NCBI RefSeq assembly: GCF_006345805.1
Contig: NC_042999.1
Location: 48,174,001 to 48,238,000, forward strand
DNA length: 64,000 bases
Direction of reading: 5' to 3'
Source: Octopus sinensis
Taxonomy: Eukaryota
In this document: piece after piece, positions 13,685-26,381 of the stretch
Position numbering within the stretch: the stretch's first letter is position 1
How the letters are laid out: every line of letters begins with the position of its first letter
The notes under the pieces: generated by a model
The model's input: the letters and a program-made list of their open reading frames with translations, nothing else
Told to the model about the DNA's origin: nothing
The model's database searches: none
Program-made: the position numbers and the translations under genes

Positions 13685-13760
13685 TAATAATGATAATAAT
13701 GATAATAATAACAATAATAATAATAATAATAATGATAATAATAATGATAATAATAATAAT

Positions 13761-14050
13761 AGAGGTAACTAGAATGTGGAATCTGAAAACAGAAACAATT
13801 CCTATCATAGTAGGTGCATTAGGCATGATAAAAAAATATTCAGACAAATACATAACAAAAACACCAGGACTTACAAACACATATAACATACAGAAAATTG
13901 CACTACTAGGCACTGCCCACATCCTACGCAGAACACTTTCCATACAATAACCATCAGAGCATCACAACAAATCACAGCACATACCCAAGGCACACAGAGC
14001 TGCGCTCGGTAGTGAAGTGAAAGCACGCTATAAAAATAAAAATAAAACTA

Positions 14051-14053
<3 letters not shown>
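13761..14053 (+). mobile_element. 5'-truncated R4/Dong-type non-LTR retrotransposon (REL C-terminus + 3'UTR) inserted in (TAA)n
   Basis: EVTRMWNLKTETIPIIVGALGMIKK...IQKIALLGTAHILRRTLSIQ* is the typical R4/Dong C-terminus; (TAA)n on both sides. Confidence 0.9.
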
Positions 14054-14121
<68 letters not shown>

Positions 14122-14152
14122 CAACAACAACAAAAATTATTATTATTTTAAA

Positions 14153-14318
14153 TTTTAGCACAAAGCATAGAAATTTCGTGTAAGATTGTTAGTTGATTCC
14201 ATCGACTCCAGCTCTCAACTTATACTTATTTTATCGACACCAAAATGATGAAATGCTAAATCTACCTCAGTTGAATATGAACTCAGAACGTAAAGACGGA
14301 CGAAATACTGCTTTAAGA
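14153..14318 (-). mobile_element. SINE family B fragment
   Basis: tacttattttatcgac...gaactcagaacgtaaagacggacgaaatac; similar to the 16.2, 26.9, 28.7 and 30.9 kb copies. Confidence 0.8.
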
Positions 14319-15253
14319 AGTTGAAATTCTTCCATTCCTGTTAAATACTTGTGATGAATCTGTATGCATTTGCGTATGTATGTATATATGAAAACATTTT
14401 CCACGCACGTATATACATACAAACACACACACGCACTTACACCACCACCCACACATATGTCTATATATATATAGAGAGAGAGAGAAATAGAGAGGGAGAG
14501 AGAGAGAGAGAATGAGACAGTGGGCGTGATAATGTTCGTATATAAAATAAACTTACTTAAATATAATAGGCAGGAGTTTCGAACCCAGGAAATGAAAGGG
14601 GCGAACTTGATATTTTAGCAAGCAATTATGCTGATAACCATGTTAATAATATTCCCCACTTTCACAAACAAATGTTTATCTTCCTCGGCTTATACTTTAC
14701 GCCTGTTTAAGGAGGTATTCAATTATATCATTGTATTGAATTTTTACGGTTTTAGATATTGTAGAAAGGACGGATTGTAAGATTGATTGCTAAAATGAAA
14801 ACTAAATCTCATAAAGAACCAGCGCCTTTTGCATAATGAAATCATCGCATACATTCTCAAACACAAAAACACACAAATACAGACATTAATATATACATGC
14901 ATATCATCACACTGACATAAACTTCGACATGCACTGAAGTACATACAAAAATGCATGACATGCGTTTTGCACATTTGCACAAGCAGAAACAGCAATCTTT
15001 GAAAATGCGATGGAATAAATATAATGATGCTGGACATACATAACAATTATTCGATTATGAAAGACATTTTAGGAAAATCTGTCGAAACAGCTATATATTT
15101 TCTACTTTTTTTTAACTTTTTCTTCAGAAATTAACTGTCAGACAATAGATTAAAACATGTTTGGGGAATTGGGGAATTTGAACAACGTGTCTTTAAGCCA
15201 TTTTATAGTGCAAATATAATTACCGCTTAGAAGGAAATAAAACAAAAACCTAC

Positions 15254-15468
15254 AACGAAAGGTCTCAGTTCATTGACTTCTTTATCTAATCTCATCAACT
15301 TCAGAAGAATATAATCATTCATCTTAAATGATGTCTGAGTATACTCCTGATCATTGAATACAAAGAATCCTTTGATGTGCAGTACATTGGCAACATACAG
15401 ACTTTGAAGTTTTAATGAACACGATGTTTTGTGTGAACATGGCGCACATGGACCAAAATATATTTTTC
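15254..15468 (-). CDS. Candidate coding exon, unknown protein (GKIYFGPCAPCSHKTSCSLKLQ...RPFV)
   Basis: Acceptor ttttctatag|GA, about 72 open codons with AT-biased third positions, GTT|GTAGGT donor. No homology recognised. Confidence 0.3.
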
Positions 15469-16191
15469 CTATAGAAAACATCTATAACTTCTAAGTATCA
15501 GTTGGCTGTAACTTGTTAAAAATGCAAGGAAAAATGTTTTTATACTAACTATGAAAAACAGAATTAAATAGAATTTGCGGTACGAAAATCATTCGAATGA
15601 CTAACTTCGTTCTGTTTTTATAATTTTAACCTGCTAAGGGACACAATTTTCGAGTTCAGAATTGCTTTGAGCTGAAATACGTTGTAATATTTTCTATTTA
15701 TTTAACTAAGTTTAAGTATTATCGTGAAGTTTTCAAATACATTACTGTCAATTTATCTTGAGGCACAAAGGTAAAAGTAACAACACTCCATACGCATAAA
15801 ATTTATTGCACACAAGATTCTTTTCTGTTTTTTGTCAGAATTCCTTATATAACAGCAGTTCAGTCGGTGCCTGCATACATAATTCAAAAAGTATTAAAAG
15901 AAGAAAAAATTAAACATATCATCCTCTGAGAAATATTTGCAAGTCAGCAAATATTATAATTTTCCATTTCTGACACATGTACGTGAAAGAAATCCGGAGA
16001 AATTTATAACTTATTTCACAATCAGCAGCAGTGGAGGGAAATATATAATGCCGTTGTAGAAAAATAAATATTGTAGCAAATTAAACATGATGTGAAACCT
16101 TGTGTTTGAAAAGCAAGTTGTCAATGGGAAACGTTTGTATATCAAATATATTGTATTTTTCTGATCCGTCTTTGCACTTCATATAACATAT

Positions 16192-16372
16192 TGGATTCAA
16201 ATTTTGTCACCAGGCCAGTAATTCCGGGGAAAACGTAAGTCAATTCCTGCGAGCCCAGTATTTAACAGGTAGATATTTTATCGAACCCTGGGTATGAAAG
16301 GCAAACTCAGAACGTATAGACAGCTAGAATGACGCTAAGCATTTTCCTCGGCTGTTAACCCAACGCCATCTT
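16192..16372 (-). mobile_element. SINE family B, degenerate
   Basis: tattttatcgaacc...tgaaaggcaaactcagaacgta...gctaagcatttt. Confidence 0.7.
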
Positions 16373-16619
16373 GTAATTACCGAGCATTATTATTAAATGA
16401 GATATATGCCTTAATGTTAATTCACAATAATTTTGTGAACTTTTATTGAAAGGATGCTGTCGATTTCAGTTGTGAATTATATTTATTTCACCTTTAGACG
16501 TATTGTCTGCAATTTAGAGCTGAGGTTAAGTCATATCCATCCACCCAGTCTTCAACTAGTATATATTTATTCCACCTCGAATAGCTGAAACGCAATTCGA
16601 CCTCACTTAATATCTATGT

Positions 16620-17330
16620 ATGCACTTCCCTTTACACAAAGCAATAAGAAAAGACAGAACCATATTCATTCTCTTCTGAAACAAAAATCAAGAAACCTTT
16701 TCGATAGTAGATGATCCAAATACCAGGAACATACGAATTATACAACTCAAAGAATTTATGCTGAAGCAAAACTAATCTCTCCTACTTTTCGAAAATAGGA
16801 TACAACGACCAAAACGCATACAATTTAGGGTAACACGCGAAACACAAACTAATCAACGGAACACAATACCAAGTCTGGTAACACACAATCTGCATCACCA
16901 AAAAAGTTTGAAAAATTTGTCAAACATGATACAAAGTGAAAAATTAAATAAAACATAATGATTAATCAAACACTTAACTTAAGTAAAAGGCAACGACATA
17001 ACCCAAAGAAACTATTAACAAAGGCAAAATTCAACATGAAGGAACAAGATAAAACATTCACAATATGAAATTATAATGATAACATGCGCTAAATACGTTA
17101 ATACATGCATACTTGAAGATTCATTAGAACAAATAATGGACATATTGTCATAAATGCAGATATGAACCGGAGAAGCAGAAATTTGGTCTCCTGTATTAAA
17201 TGCCCTTATTTCGAGATTATTCCTCAATTGGCGAGACAGGGAATGCATTATCGGAACGCTCACGAGCTCACAGACAACAAATCTAGAATACTAATATACA
17301 CCGTATGCCACTGAGCGAACATATAGAACC
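16620..17330 (+). mobile_element. Decayed Penelope-like element C-terminal region with GIY-YIG endonuclease
   Basis: Frameshifted MNRRSRNLVSCIKCP...IGETGNALSERSRAHRQQI...PLSEHIE matches the PLE GIY-YIG pattern (NLVYCIxC...YIGETG...R...HR); upstream LVTHN matches the PFVTTYNP-like region. Confidence 0.7.
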
Positions 17331-17334
17331 ATGT

Positions 17335-17715
17335 GTTCAGAAAATGTCTCTATTTTTTTTCCTTTTCACAAGCTACATGACACAAGTAAGGTTTAGGGTG
17401 TAGCGTCATCAACTTTCTCGTCCTTCTATCCATTGTTGATATTTTCTCCTTAGTCCGTTTGAGGATTGACATATTATATCTCACCACTGCAACTGCCCAG
17501 ATATTCATTGCGGTATTTAAATTTTTAGAATTAAGGTTGGATTTCAACACCATCTTTTTGATACGCCTCGGTGACCTTCACTTTCATTTCTCTGTGTAGA
17601 ATGCCATCCAACTCCAAAATCCCTAAATAACTACAACCACTACCGTCAGGTGGAATTGGTATTACCAAATGCTCAGTACTTAATATGAAATTAGTGAAGA
17701 AAGCAACCTGCATAG
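17335..17715 (-). mobile_element. R4/Dong-type RT thumb-region fragment
   Basis: SYLGILELDGILHREMKVKVTEAY / VLKSNLNSKNLNTAMNIWAVAVVRY...MDRRTRKLMTLH; abuts a (TTA)n tract at 17740-17818. Confidence 0.85.
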
Positions 17716-17764
17716 GATTGCGGTTATCATTAGGAGATTATTGTTATTATCATTATTATTATTA

Positions 17765-17818
<54 letters not shown>

Positions 17819-17931
17819 GCACATAACAACATAAATGAATTTGTATAGAACATTAAGCTGTTTTTAACATCCAGAGGAACGACTTAATTTTGAATACCAC
17901 TTTTCACTAAGTACTGACATTTTTGATGCAG

Positions 17932-18145
17932 GAATGGATCCTTTGTACCGTGCGATGTCACCACTGCATCAAGTGATTCCACAGTTTTATGGGATATTCA
18001 GAGATATCACAACCTCGTGCCGATCAACAGATTGGAAACTAATCTTCCCAATATAGCATACAATGACCAAACAGCGAGTGTTGTCGCAAAAATCCGGTGG
18101 ACTACAAATAAATTTTCCATCAGCGGACAGCATCTGTATTTGTAA
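17932..18145 (+). CDS. Candidate terminal coding exon, unknown protein (NGSFVPCDVTT...GQHLYL*)
   Basis: Branch-like tactgac plus tttttgatgcag acceptor, 70 open codons ending in TAA. An opposite-strand ORF also exists here, so strand is uncertain. Confidence 0.25.
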
Positions 18146-20949
18146 AGGACGATAATTAGCACACCCAACATAATTAGATGTGTTTGAGTACATCACCTGC
18201 TGTACTTCAGAGAAACTATCTTATGCTGAAACAGGAAAGAGGATTAGGTTACATAATCCCTTTTTCTATACTATTTACGTTAAATAATACGAATAACTTG
18301 TTGTATCTACATTACAGGAAGTCTAATATAATTAAGCATTACGTAAGAAATTGTTTTTAATTTCCTAGTAAATCCTTGGATTTGAGTTGGATGCTATATT
18401 TAATTGCACTTTCCCTGGCGTAGCATGCTAAAGGAACAAACTCATAGAAGAAGCGAGCGAAATTGAGCTCAGGACGTGAAGAGCTAGAGTTAATAGCGCA
18501 TGTCTATTTCTTCGGCGCTTTAACGATTTTCTCGGTTCGATAACTTATTTTGAGTTGAGAGTAATACTGTGACCATGTGTATGATCGTCAAAGAAATTGA
18601 AACTATCTATATAAACAAAGTTTATTAGGAAAAAATATGGCATCACATGTCAGTATTAATCTCTCGGCGAAACGAATCTGCTTAAATCAGTATAAACCTG
18701 TTTGGAACCACTTTACGTAATAACATCAACTTTGGGTATCTGTCAAATGTTACGGCATTTTAATTCACTTCCACTAAACATTCCAAGTGTTGTGCAAGTA
18801 TATGGCATTTTTGGTGAATATAATTATCTTCACTTGCAATGATTAGAAGTTTAGCTTAAGAAGATAAAATCGCTCTACAAAATTTTAATGCGCCATTTAT
18901 AGCAATCTCCAGTGCAGAGATTATTTCAATATTTGATGCAGAATTAGCAAGCATTTATAAAATAATTAAAGTCGTAATTTCAGTGATATTGGAATACTGT
19001 TCCGAAGCCATTCACATGTAGTTTCAGAATAGTGAACGTGGCTAATGAAGGTTTTTGCTCTCCTACGAATTTCTTTTAACAATTCCGCATTCAGACGCAA
19101 GCAACGTTGTGCTAGGAATGAAATTAACAATTTCAAGAAAGTTAAAAATAGGAAAGGATGTATTATATTTCAATGTAAATAAATTTAGCTTATGTTAGAT
19201 GCAAAATTAAAGTAAAATATTTCTTCATTATTTTAAACGCACCATCTGGCCATTGTGTTTGTTTGCGGATTTTCCACTCTTATGTGTATTCTGAGTAGAT
19301 CTAGGGTTGTCAAGGTAACGAAATAGCCTCATGGTTTCTGCATTTGCAATAACGGCTGAGTCGAAGTTCACTCCTCTCTCTCCTCCACTGGTTTCTGACT
19401 CCTCACTATATGCAACCACTCATTATATTCCATGGAATTACATAAAATCCTACTCTCCCTTTTTCAAATTTCCGTTTGAACTCTCGGGTTTTACTTCATT
19501 TCTTGCAAATCTGGAGGAATGACTTTCTGCAGGCCTTCTTATACGAAATCGATGCCATTATCCTTCCTTTCGAATCCTTGTATCCCAAAGTTTAGAAAAC
19601 ATGGGAACAGTGTGGATTGTCCAGATAACAGGTAAATCTAGCGATCAGGTCAAGCACTAAGGTTCTGGATACGGTAAATTTGATGGAAGGAAAAAGAGTA
19701 GCAAGGAGAGAATACTAAAGAATGGGATATGGTATGAGAGCAAAACTCATTCTAATTGCGACAACAGTGCGCTTGTACGACAAAAGGTTGTGGTTTGTCC
19801 TTGGTTGGGTTTATCCTAATAAGCCCAGGGGCTATTTTTTGGAGGCAGTGTAAGGTATAAGTTTCTAGAATAACAGCAGCGACACAGTTGTGTAAGTATT
19901 TACACTAACGTGACCCTCAAATTTGTTTTATTGTGTGTCAGTAATTGTTAGGGACTGTAATATATTCTCTTATATAGTTTTTTTCTGATTAATGGGGTAA
20001 ATTCTAAATGTGCATAATAATAAAGCATTTTTTTTCAATTTCCATTTGAACAAACTTAAAATTACTAAGGAGTTTTGTATATAAATAAGACAAAATATGT
20101 ATGGGTGAATGTCTTTCCATCCATATCCTTGGAGTTACAGAAAACTCTGTTACAATTAATAACTATCTGATTTCTTACAAATCCCTCATACATAACCTAC
20201 ACTCATTTGAAATCATTTGACATTCGCTAAATTAAGATATGGCATAATGAAATAACCTAGACTGTAGTCATTATCACTTCAACTGAAAATATATTTTACA
20301 TCAAGATAAACATTTCTAAAAAGAATAAATTAATGCTTTACATGAGCACCACTTATTAAAACTTCTTACGAATATTATGAACAGAACAGAAAAAATGTAT
20401 ATAGTACGATTTTCTTTTTTTCCGTTCAATATTTAAATTTCAGCATTTTAAGTCTACCAGAAGGCATGATTATCTTCCTTCAAATAGCTGACACCATTAG
20501 GGGAGCCGCGTGTGTTTGAAATTGTCTAGATGTATTTTCATTAAAGTAAGTCCAATTGAAAATGCTGACGATGATTAAAGCGCTTGTATTTATGAACACA
20601 TCGTTTCTTCTTTACATTTACGAAGAATTACCACTAACAGATAAGAGCTTGGATCAAATGTATGTCTACACCTCAAAGAATATATAATAAAACGGCTTTT
20701 GATGTTCTGTGTAGTTAAAAGCAAAACTGCTAGCTGCTATAGAACATTTCCACAAGGTAAAATTATCTATTTTGAGTCGCAAACCCCTGTACAGACTCAT
20801 ATATTATGAATAGGGTATTTTATAGATTCTGCATGAAGTACTGTCCATTTGGCAGTATCAATAACATTGGTTAACTGCATAATTTCAAACTTCAGGCTTT
20901 ACCCCGAAAATAGGAACATTATTATTTTCCCCCTAAATGTCGGATTCGC

Positions 20950-21100
20950 TGAGTTGTTAGAATGTCGGACAATGCTTTTCAGCACCACTTCCAGTCCTAT
21001 GTGTTAGGAGTTCAAATCCCAACGAATTCGACTTTGCTAGTCTCAAACCCTGCCACTCTCTGCGGTTTGTACTCATACCACGTCTCATCTCTCTCTAGCA
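20950..21100 (+). mobile_element. SINE family B-like fragment
   Basis: gttgttagaatgtcggacaatgct...gagttcaaatccc...tcgactttgc. Confidence 0.5.
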
Positions 21101-21139
21101 CTCCCTTTTCGTACAGTTTCCAGTGTAGCACTTTCGCTA

Positions 21140-21758
21140 CTTGGTCATGTCGACAAAACTTGTATTAGTTTTGAGCAAGTCTAGGACATTCATTCATGAT
21201 ATGGGTAATGGTTTTCATCCACTCAATTGCAAATGCAGCTCAGCGGGGTCACTTGCTCATTCCTCAGTTTGGCGCTCCATTCCGTGGCAAGATATTGGTC
21301 CTGCGCTGCCAGTACAGTGCTGTCGGTCACTTCTTAAGGGTTCTTTTATAAGCCAATGCCATCTAATTTTCGAGCAACTTCTGCTGTGGCTACATGGAAT
21401 TGATTGTGTAGTCCCTTCTTGCGTAATTCCTCTTCATTTCCGTTTTGTACGCCTTCCTTTGTGTTCTTTTTTCCAATCCGCTCTAACTACTACCTCGTTT
21501 CTATCTCTTACTAGCAAAGTTTCCTTACTTTGGGTTAGGTATCTCACTAAACTCTCGAGTTCGATATGCATGCAGTCTTCCATATTTATGAGTCCCTTTC
21601 CTCCACTTGCTATCTTCATGTATAAGCGATCATTGTCTGTAAGGGGACGATGGGCCACATGCATTGCTAAGAGCTTTCTTGACTTCCTGTCCATCTCCTT
21701 TAGCTCCTTCTCTGTCCACGTTAGGTTTCCAGCACCATACCGAACTACTGCGACTATA
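21140..21758 (-). mobile_element. R4/Dong-type fragment (post-RT region plus decayed CCHC knuckle)
   Basis: AVVRYGAGNLTWTEKELKEMDRKSRKLLAMH...DRLYMKIASGGKGLINMEDC, then VLAAQDQYLAT and a frameshifted C..C...TITHIMNECPRLAQ...RHD. Confidence 0.9.
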
Positions 21759-21925
21759 ATAATAATCATAATTTTAATACTGATAATAATCATAATAATA
21801 ATAATAATAATCATAATAATAATAATCATAATAGTAATAATAATAATCATAATCATAATAATAATAATAATAATAATCATAATAATAATAATAATCATAA
21901 TAATATTAATAATTATAATAATAAT

Positions 21926-22446
21926 GAGGAGGTGGAGGATGCCCTGTTGCAGTACCAGACAGTGGCTCTCATGGCTTCTGATCTTAACTGATTGGAAGTG
22001 TTATCATGTACATTGTTTTGTCTTGGTATAAAAGATGGGTTACAGCAAATATTCTGCTCAATACCACAGATTTGCTTCTCAGTTGTTTGACCTTAACCAG
22101 TTGAGCATCTCCCTTAGTAGCTGACGATATGTGTATCTCTGATCATGAGTAGAAGTAGTGGGGGAGCATCATAGCCGTGTGTTGAGAGGAATTCTTGGAG
22201 GTTTGGAAACGTGGGTGTTTCATTCAACTTCCTTAAAAAATAAATCCTTATTCAAGGACATTTGAGCGGGATGGGTTACTCGACCAGAAGGAAATTCTAA
22301 CTGGGCCTCGAGATCACCATGTTGCGCACATATGGTTGTGATGTGCCTGGTGTACCCTTATCAGACGGGTAGTCATGATAGGTATACTGAGCTTCGTACA
22401 TTGTACCCCAGTCTCACTTTGATAGCATGCACTGCTCTCTCACTCA
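21926..22446 (+). mobile_element. About 520-bp non-coding retroelement flanked by (TAA)n on both sides
   Basis: Bounded by (AAT)n at 21760-21925 and from 22447; partial homologues at 13271-13607 and 58999-59150; no ORF or tRNA head seen. Confidence 0.85.
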
Positions 22447-22448
22447 AA

Positions 22449-22480
<32 letters not shown>

Positions 22481-22663
22481 TAATAATAATAATAATGATA
22501 ATAATAATAATAATTACTATTATTATTATCATTATTATTATTATTATTTTTACTATTATTATTATTATTATTATTATTATCATTATTATTATTATTATTA
22601 TTATTGTTATTATTATTATTATTATTATTACTATTATTATTATTATATTATTATTATTATTAT

Positions 22664-22700
<37 letters not shown>

Positions 22701-22855
22701 TGTAGTAGTAGTAGTAGTAGTAGTAGCAGCAGAAGCAGCAGCAGTAGCAGTAGTAGTAGTAGTAGTAGTAGTTTTAGTAGTAGTAGTAGTAGTAGTAGCA
22801 GTAGTAGTATTAGTAGCAGAAGCAGCAGCAGTAGCAGTAGTAGTAGTAGTAGTGG
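22447..22855. repeat. Compound microsatellite (AAT)n-(ATT)n-(AGT/AGC)n
   Basis: Direct observation. Confidence 0.95.
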
Positions 22856-25655
22856 TGCTGTTTTCGATGTCGTTCTACTCTAGTATAAAAGTGATTACCT
22901 AAATTGTTTACTACGCTGAATGTAGCTTTCTATGCCTTAGGTATGCGTGATGTGATTGTCTTTTTTTTTTAATGCTTTTGCATTTGTTTGCAAGATTTTG
23001 CTCATAGTCAAAGCACCTATCATTGTTTATTTCAATATTTAGTCTTCATGTTCCTATTACCTTTATTTTTAGATATTTATATTTCTAAAAAAAAATTCTC
23101 CATTTCTACTACCATCTGTTGGAATTGATATATCGATGAAGTAATTCTTTACTTGGTGAAAATTGACAAACATATCAAGTCGATTAAATTTCATCTCTAT
23201 GTCTGTGTATGCTGGCGTATCTTAGTATATGTCTACATTTTTTGACAGCTTTCTTTTACATATGCCCACATTATAACATAACTATTGTTATTTCATAGAA
23301 ATTGCATAACGTGCTCTTATTTTATTTTATGTCAGTGGATGTTTTCCACATTGCCTAAGACTTCATTTTATGATTTAGATTGTTTCCGTTGAGGATGCAC
23401 TGAGTTTTGCACCACTAACAAGAACACTTACGGTAACATCCTGTGTGCCGTGCGTGTCAATCAGTTTGGGGACGCTTTCAACCTTCATGCTGTTCAGCTC
23501 TTTCCATCATTTGCCGTCTACAAATATTGTCTTGCAATCGTTTTATCGTTACAAACTTTAGGCACGCTGTTAGCTTACATTTTACTTCTTGTGATTTTCG
23601 GGTTTCTCCCTTTTTCTGATTAGTTATTTACAGTCTCTACTTCGTATTTGTTCCCTTTCTGAAACGAAAGGTGTTTATTTCATATAATGTAGTGAAGTAT
23701 TTTCTTTTTATTGTAATTCTACGTCCGTTGAGGCAATTGTGTAATAGTCCTCTAGTTAAGGTTTCTATCCCCTTGAAAGGAAGTTACGTATAACCTCTCT
23801 CCCACACCCTATCTTTGCTCGCCCCTCTGTTTTAGATGTTCAGTGTGTTATTATGTTCCTTGTTTTTCCAGTCTAGTCATGATAACTGCGATTTTTGCTA
23901 CAAGGACAGACTTTGTAATGTTCACGTTACCTATTTGTTAACGCAATTTTAGCTCCGTTTTAAGTGTTAATCTTTCGTATACAACCCTTCCAAACGTTTT
24001 TGGTTTTTTCTGTCATTCACACATGTTTCACACTGGTTTGTTGATTTAGTTATGAGCATTTGAATTACAGTACTTATTCAAATAGGGAACGATTTAATTT
24101 CGATTGTTATTTCTTTGTTTGATCTACATTTTCCTAGGATCTCTAATTGGAGAATACCGAGAAAAACCTCCTGGTAGCCAGCCCAGGCTGTGTTCAAACG
24201 TTTTCTTTTCCTCGGTTGTCTTCAGCCATAGCATTATTGAACAGTAAATAACTTTTACTGTTGTTTGTGGTTTTGCAGTATCAATTGAGCTCAACTGGAA
24301 ACAGGTTGCAGTTTCTCTCTGCATATTTGCTCACTCTGCAATTAAGGTTATTTAGCGTGTGTGTAGACATGAAAAATTTATAGATGTGAAGGGCAGTGAT
24401 TTTGATATATCTGGACTTTAAGATCACTTCCGCTTCAATAAACTGGGTTTAGCTTCTTCAGCAGCTCGGTAAATTACACATCTTCCACCTTCTGTGTCAC
24501 TCGTTGTTACTTTAACTAGTATTTTGCGATCCTATCATATCATACACTTTTCACGTTGAGTTACTATTGCAGTGATTGGGTTCATATACCTTGCATCCCA
24601 TTTTGAACAATCACTTCTGTAGGGATTACTTCGCAGCCGATACACGCAACAAGCATTATTCAATTTATTTTACTGTAGGTGTTGCAGTGTATTTTATTTT
24701 CAGTCTTGGTAGAATTATTTGCATTTCAGTCGCACCGCTAGTCTCAAAGAATCATGGCTGTTGCTTTCGATTTATTACCATTAATGACAACTCTCAATAT
24801 CTGTATTCGAAATTCTTTACTTTGAACTACCCATTTTGATTTGTTTTATTGGTCTTAAATTTCTGTAGTTTTTAAACTCCTTTTAAAAATAAATAATAAT
24901 TTTTTGTTATTTTCTCATTCATTTCATAAGAAAATTAAGAGTTCATTTCTCGTTTTCTACTCAATTCTGAATGTCTGTTTTCCATCTTATTTTTGAACGA
25001 TTTTTTGTTCTTACTCATTGGATCTGAGCATCTACCCAATTACTACCTGATTATTACTAGGTTTATTATTTCAATTAGCCTGTTAATATTGATATTTGTA
25101 ATTTTTTGAAATTTATATCCGTGATACTCAATTCAATTTTTCTTTTATATTACTTAGATGAATAAACTTAGATAAACTTAGATATGTTTCGACCAAAGAT
25201 TGGTCCAGGCCATGTCTAACTTAATAGTACCACTAAGAAAATGTTTGGAGAAATTGGAAGATTGTGGGGAGAAAGCGGGGAAAACAGTACGGACAGATAT
25301 TTATATAGTACAAAATAACACAAAGCATTTAACTGAAGCTGATAGGGATATTTAAGTATGTAAGCGATACTTGTCAATAAAGTTTTGTGAGTTTTATGAA
25401 ACATGGCTCTCATGGGATATTGCATAGTAGTTTCTGTCATCTTCGTTTTATCATACCTGAGAATCTTAAAATAACATGGACTGTTTTTACTATCAGAATG
25501 CTACGTCTTCTGTATTTTGATTTTCAGGTCCTTATATTTACTGAGATTGTCGAATCCCTTGCTAGATATACTGTTATCAGTGGTACACTTATATTTATCA
25601 GCTGAAAACAATATTTTCTTTCTTCTTTTTAATAGTTATGTCCACTCAGTTATCC

Positions 25656-25718
25656 TGTCATCATCATCATCATCATCATAATCATCGTCGTCGTCGTCGT
25701 CTTCGTCGTCGTCGTCTT

Positions 25719-25759
<41 letters not shown>

Positions 25760-25779
25760 TCATCATCATCATCATCATC
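25656..25779. repeat. (CAT)n(CGT)n(CAT)n microsatellite
   Basis: Direct observation. Confidence 0.9.
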
Positions 25780-26021
25780 GGCAACATTACTATTATTGCT
25801 ATTATTGCTTGCCGTCTCAGACTTGAACATCTTCATTCTGCACATTTTAGATGTCTATTAAGTGTATGCTACGCTTTCTGTAGCGGGGATGACTATAAAC
25901 CTCTGGATGTCTTCCGATCAATGCTACAGAAATAGATTTATTTCTGAAATATTTAATATCTAATTGTGCTTACTTTTAGCGAAGATACTTTCCTACTTGA
26001 TAGAAAGTAAATTGGAACCAA

Positions 26022-26055
<34 letters not shown>

Positions 26056-26381
26056 GAGAAACGACTAAAAATGAAAACAAATATAATTTCTCAGTAGGGT
26101 GTAAACATTGAATACAAAAATATATTATCGAGAACATCTTCAGTAATAGAGAACAAAAAAAATCACAGCAACTACAGGAACAATATGAATATCAGCAACA
26201 AAACATTCTGTTTAGCGCCATCCCCTCCTCACCCCGCACATCATCGAAAGAATAATTACTTCCTTCGCCTACACTACTGACACGGAACATAGTTTAAACA
26301 TGAACTGTTGTGATGAAAAGAAATTTGCTTAGAAGTCATTTTAAAACTCAAATCAGCATTTCTTTACCAGATATTTTTGTC

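Noticed and set aside
15050-15100. TGTC-GAAA-CAGCT half-hammerhead (similar relics at about 29670-29695, 29885-29915 and 41990-42030)
   Set aside because: The CUGANGA half or stem II is missing or too decayed.
21141-22031. Longest ORF in the track (296 aa, plus strand)
   Set aside because: It is the antisense of an R4/Dong fragment running through an (AAT)n tract.
21926-22330. HDV-like ribozyme in the (TAA)n-resident element
   Set aside because: I could not assemble P1/P2/P3 pairings by eye; an RNArobo or Infernal search would be needed.
24410-24465. Hammerhead-like CTGAAGA...GGAA...GTC-CAG on the minus strand
   Set aside because: GAAA is replaced by GGAA and stem III cannot form; probably chance.
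23300-24900. Possible decayed retroelement or exon-like frames (e.g. DRKILVKVTTSDTEGGRCVIYRAAEEAKPSLLKRK*, and a plus exon at 24138)
   Set aside because: No diagnostic motif; short frames on both strands with inconsistent splice signals.
25636-25845. Poly-Asp ORF
   Set aside because: Translation of a (GAT/GAC)n microsatellite with no flanking coding signal.
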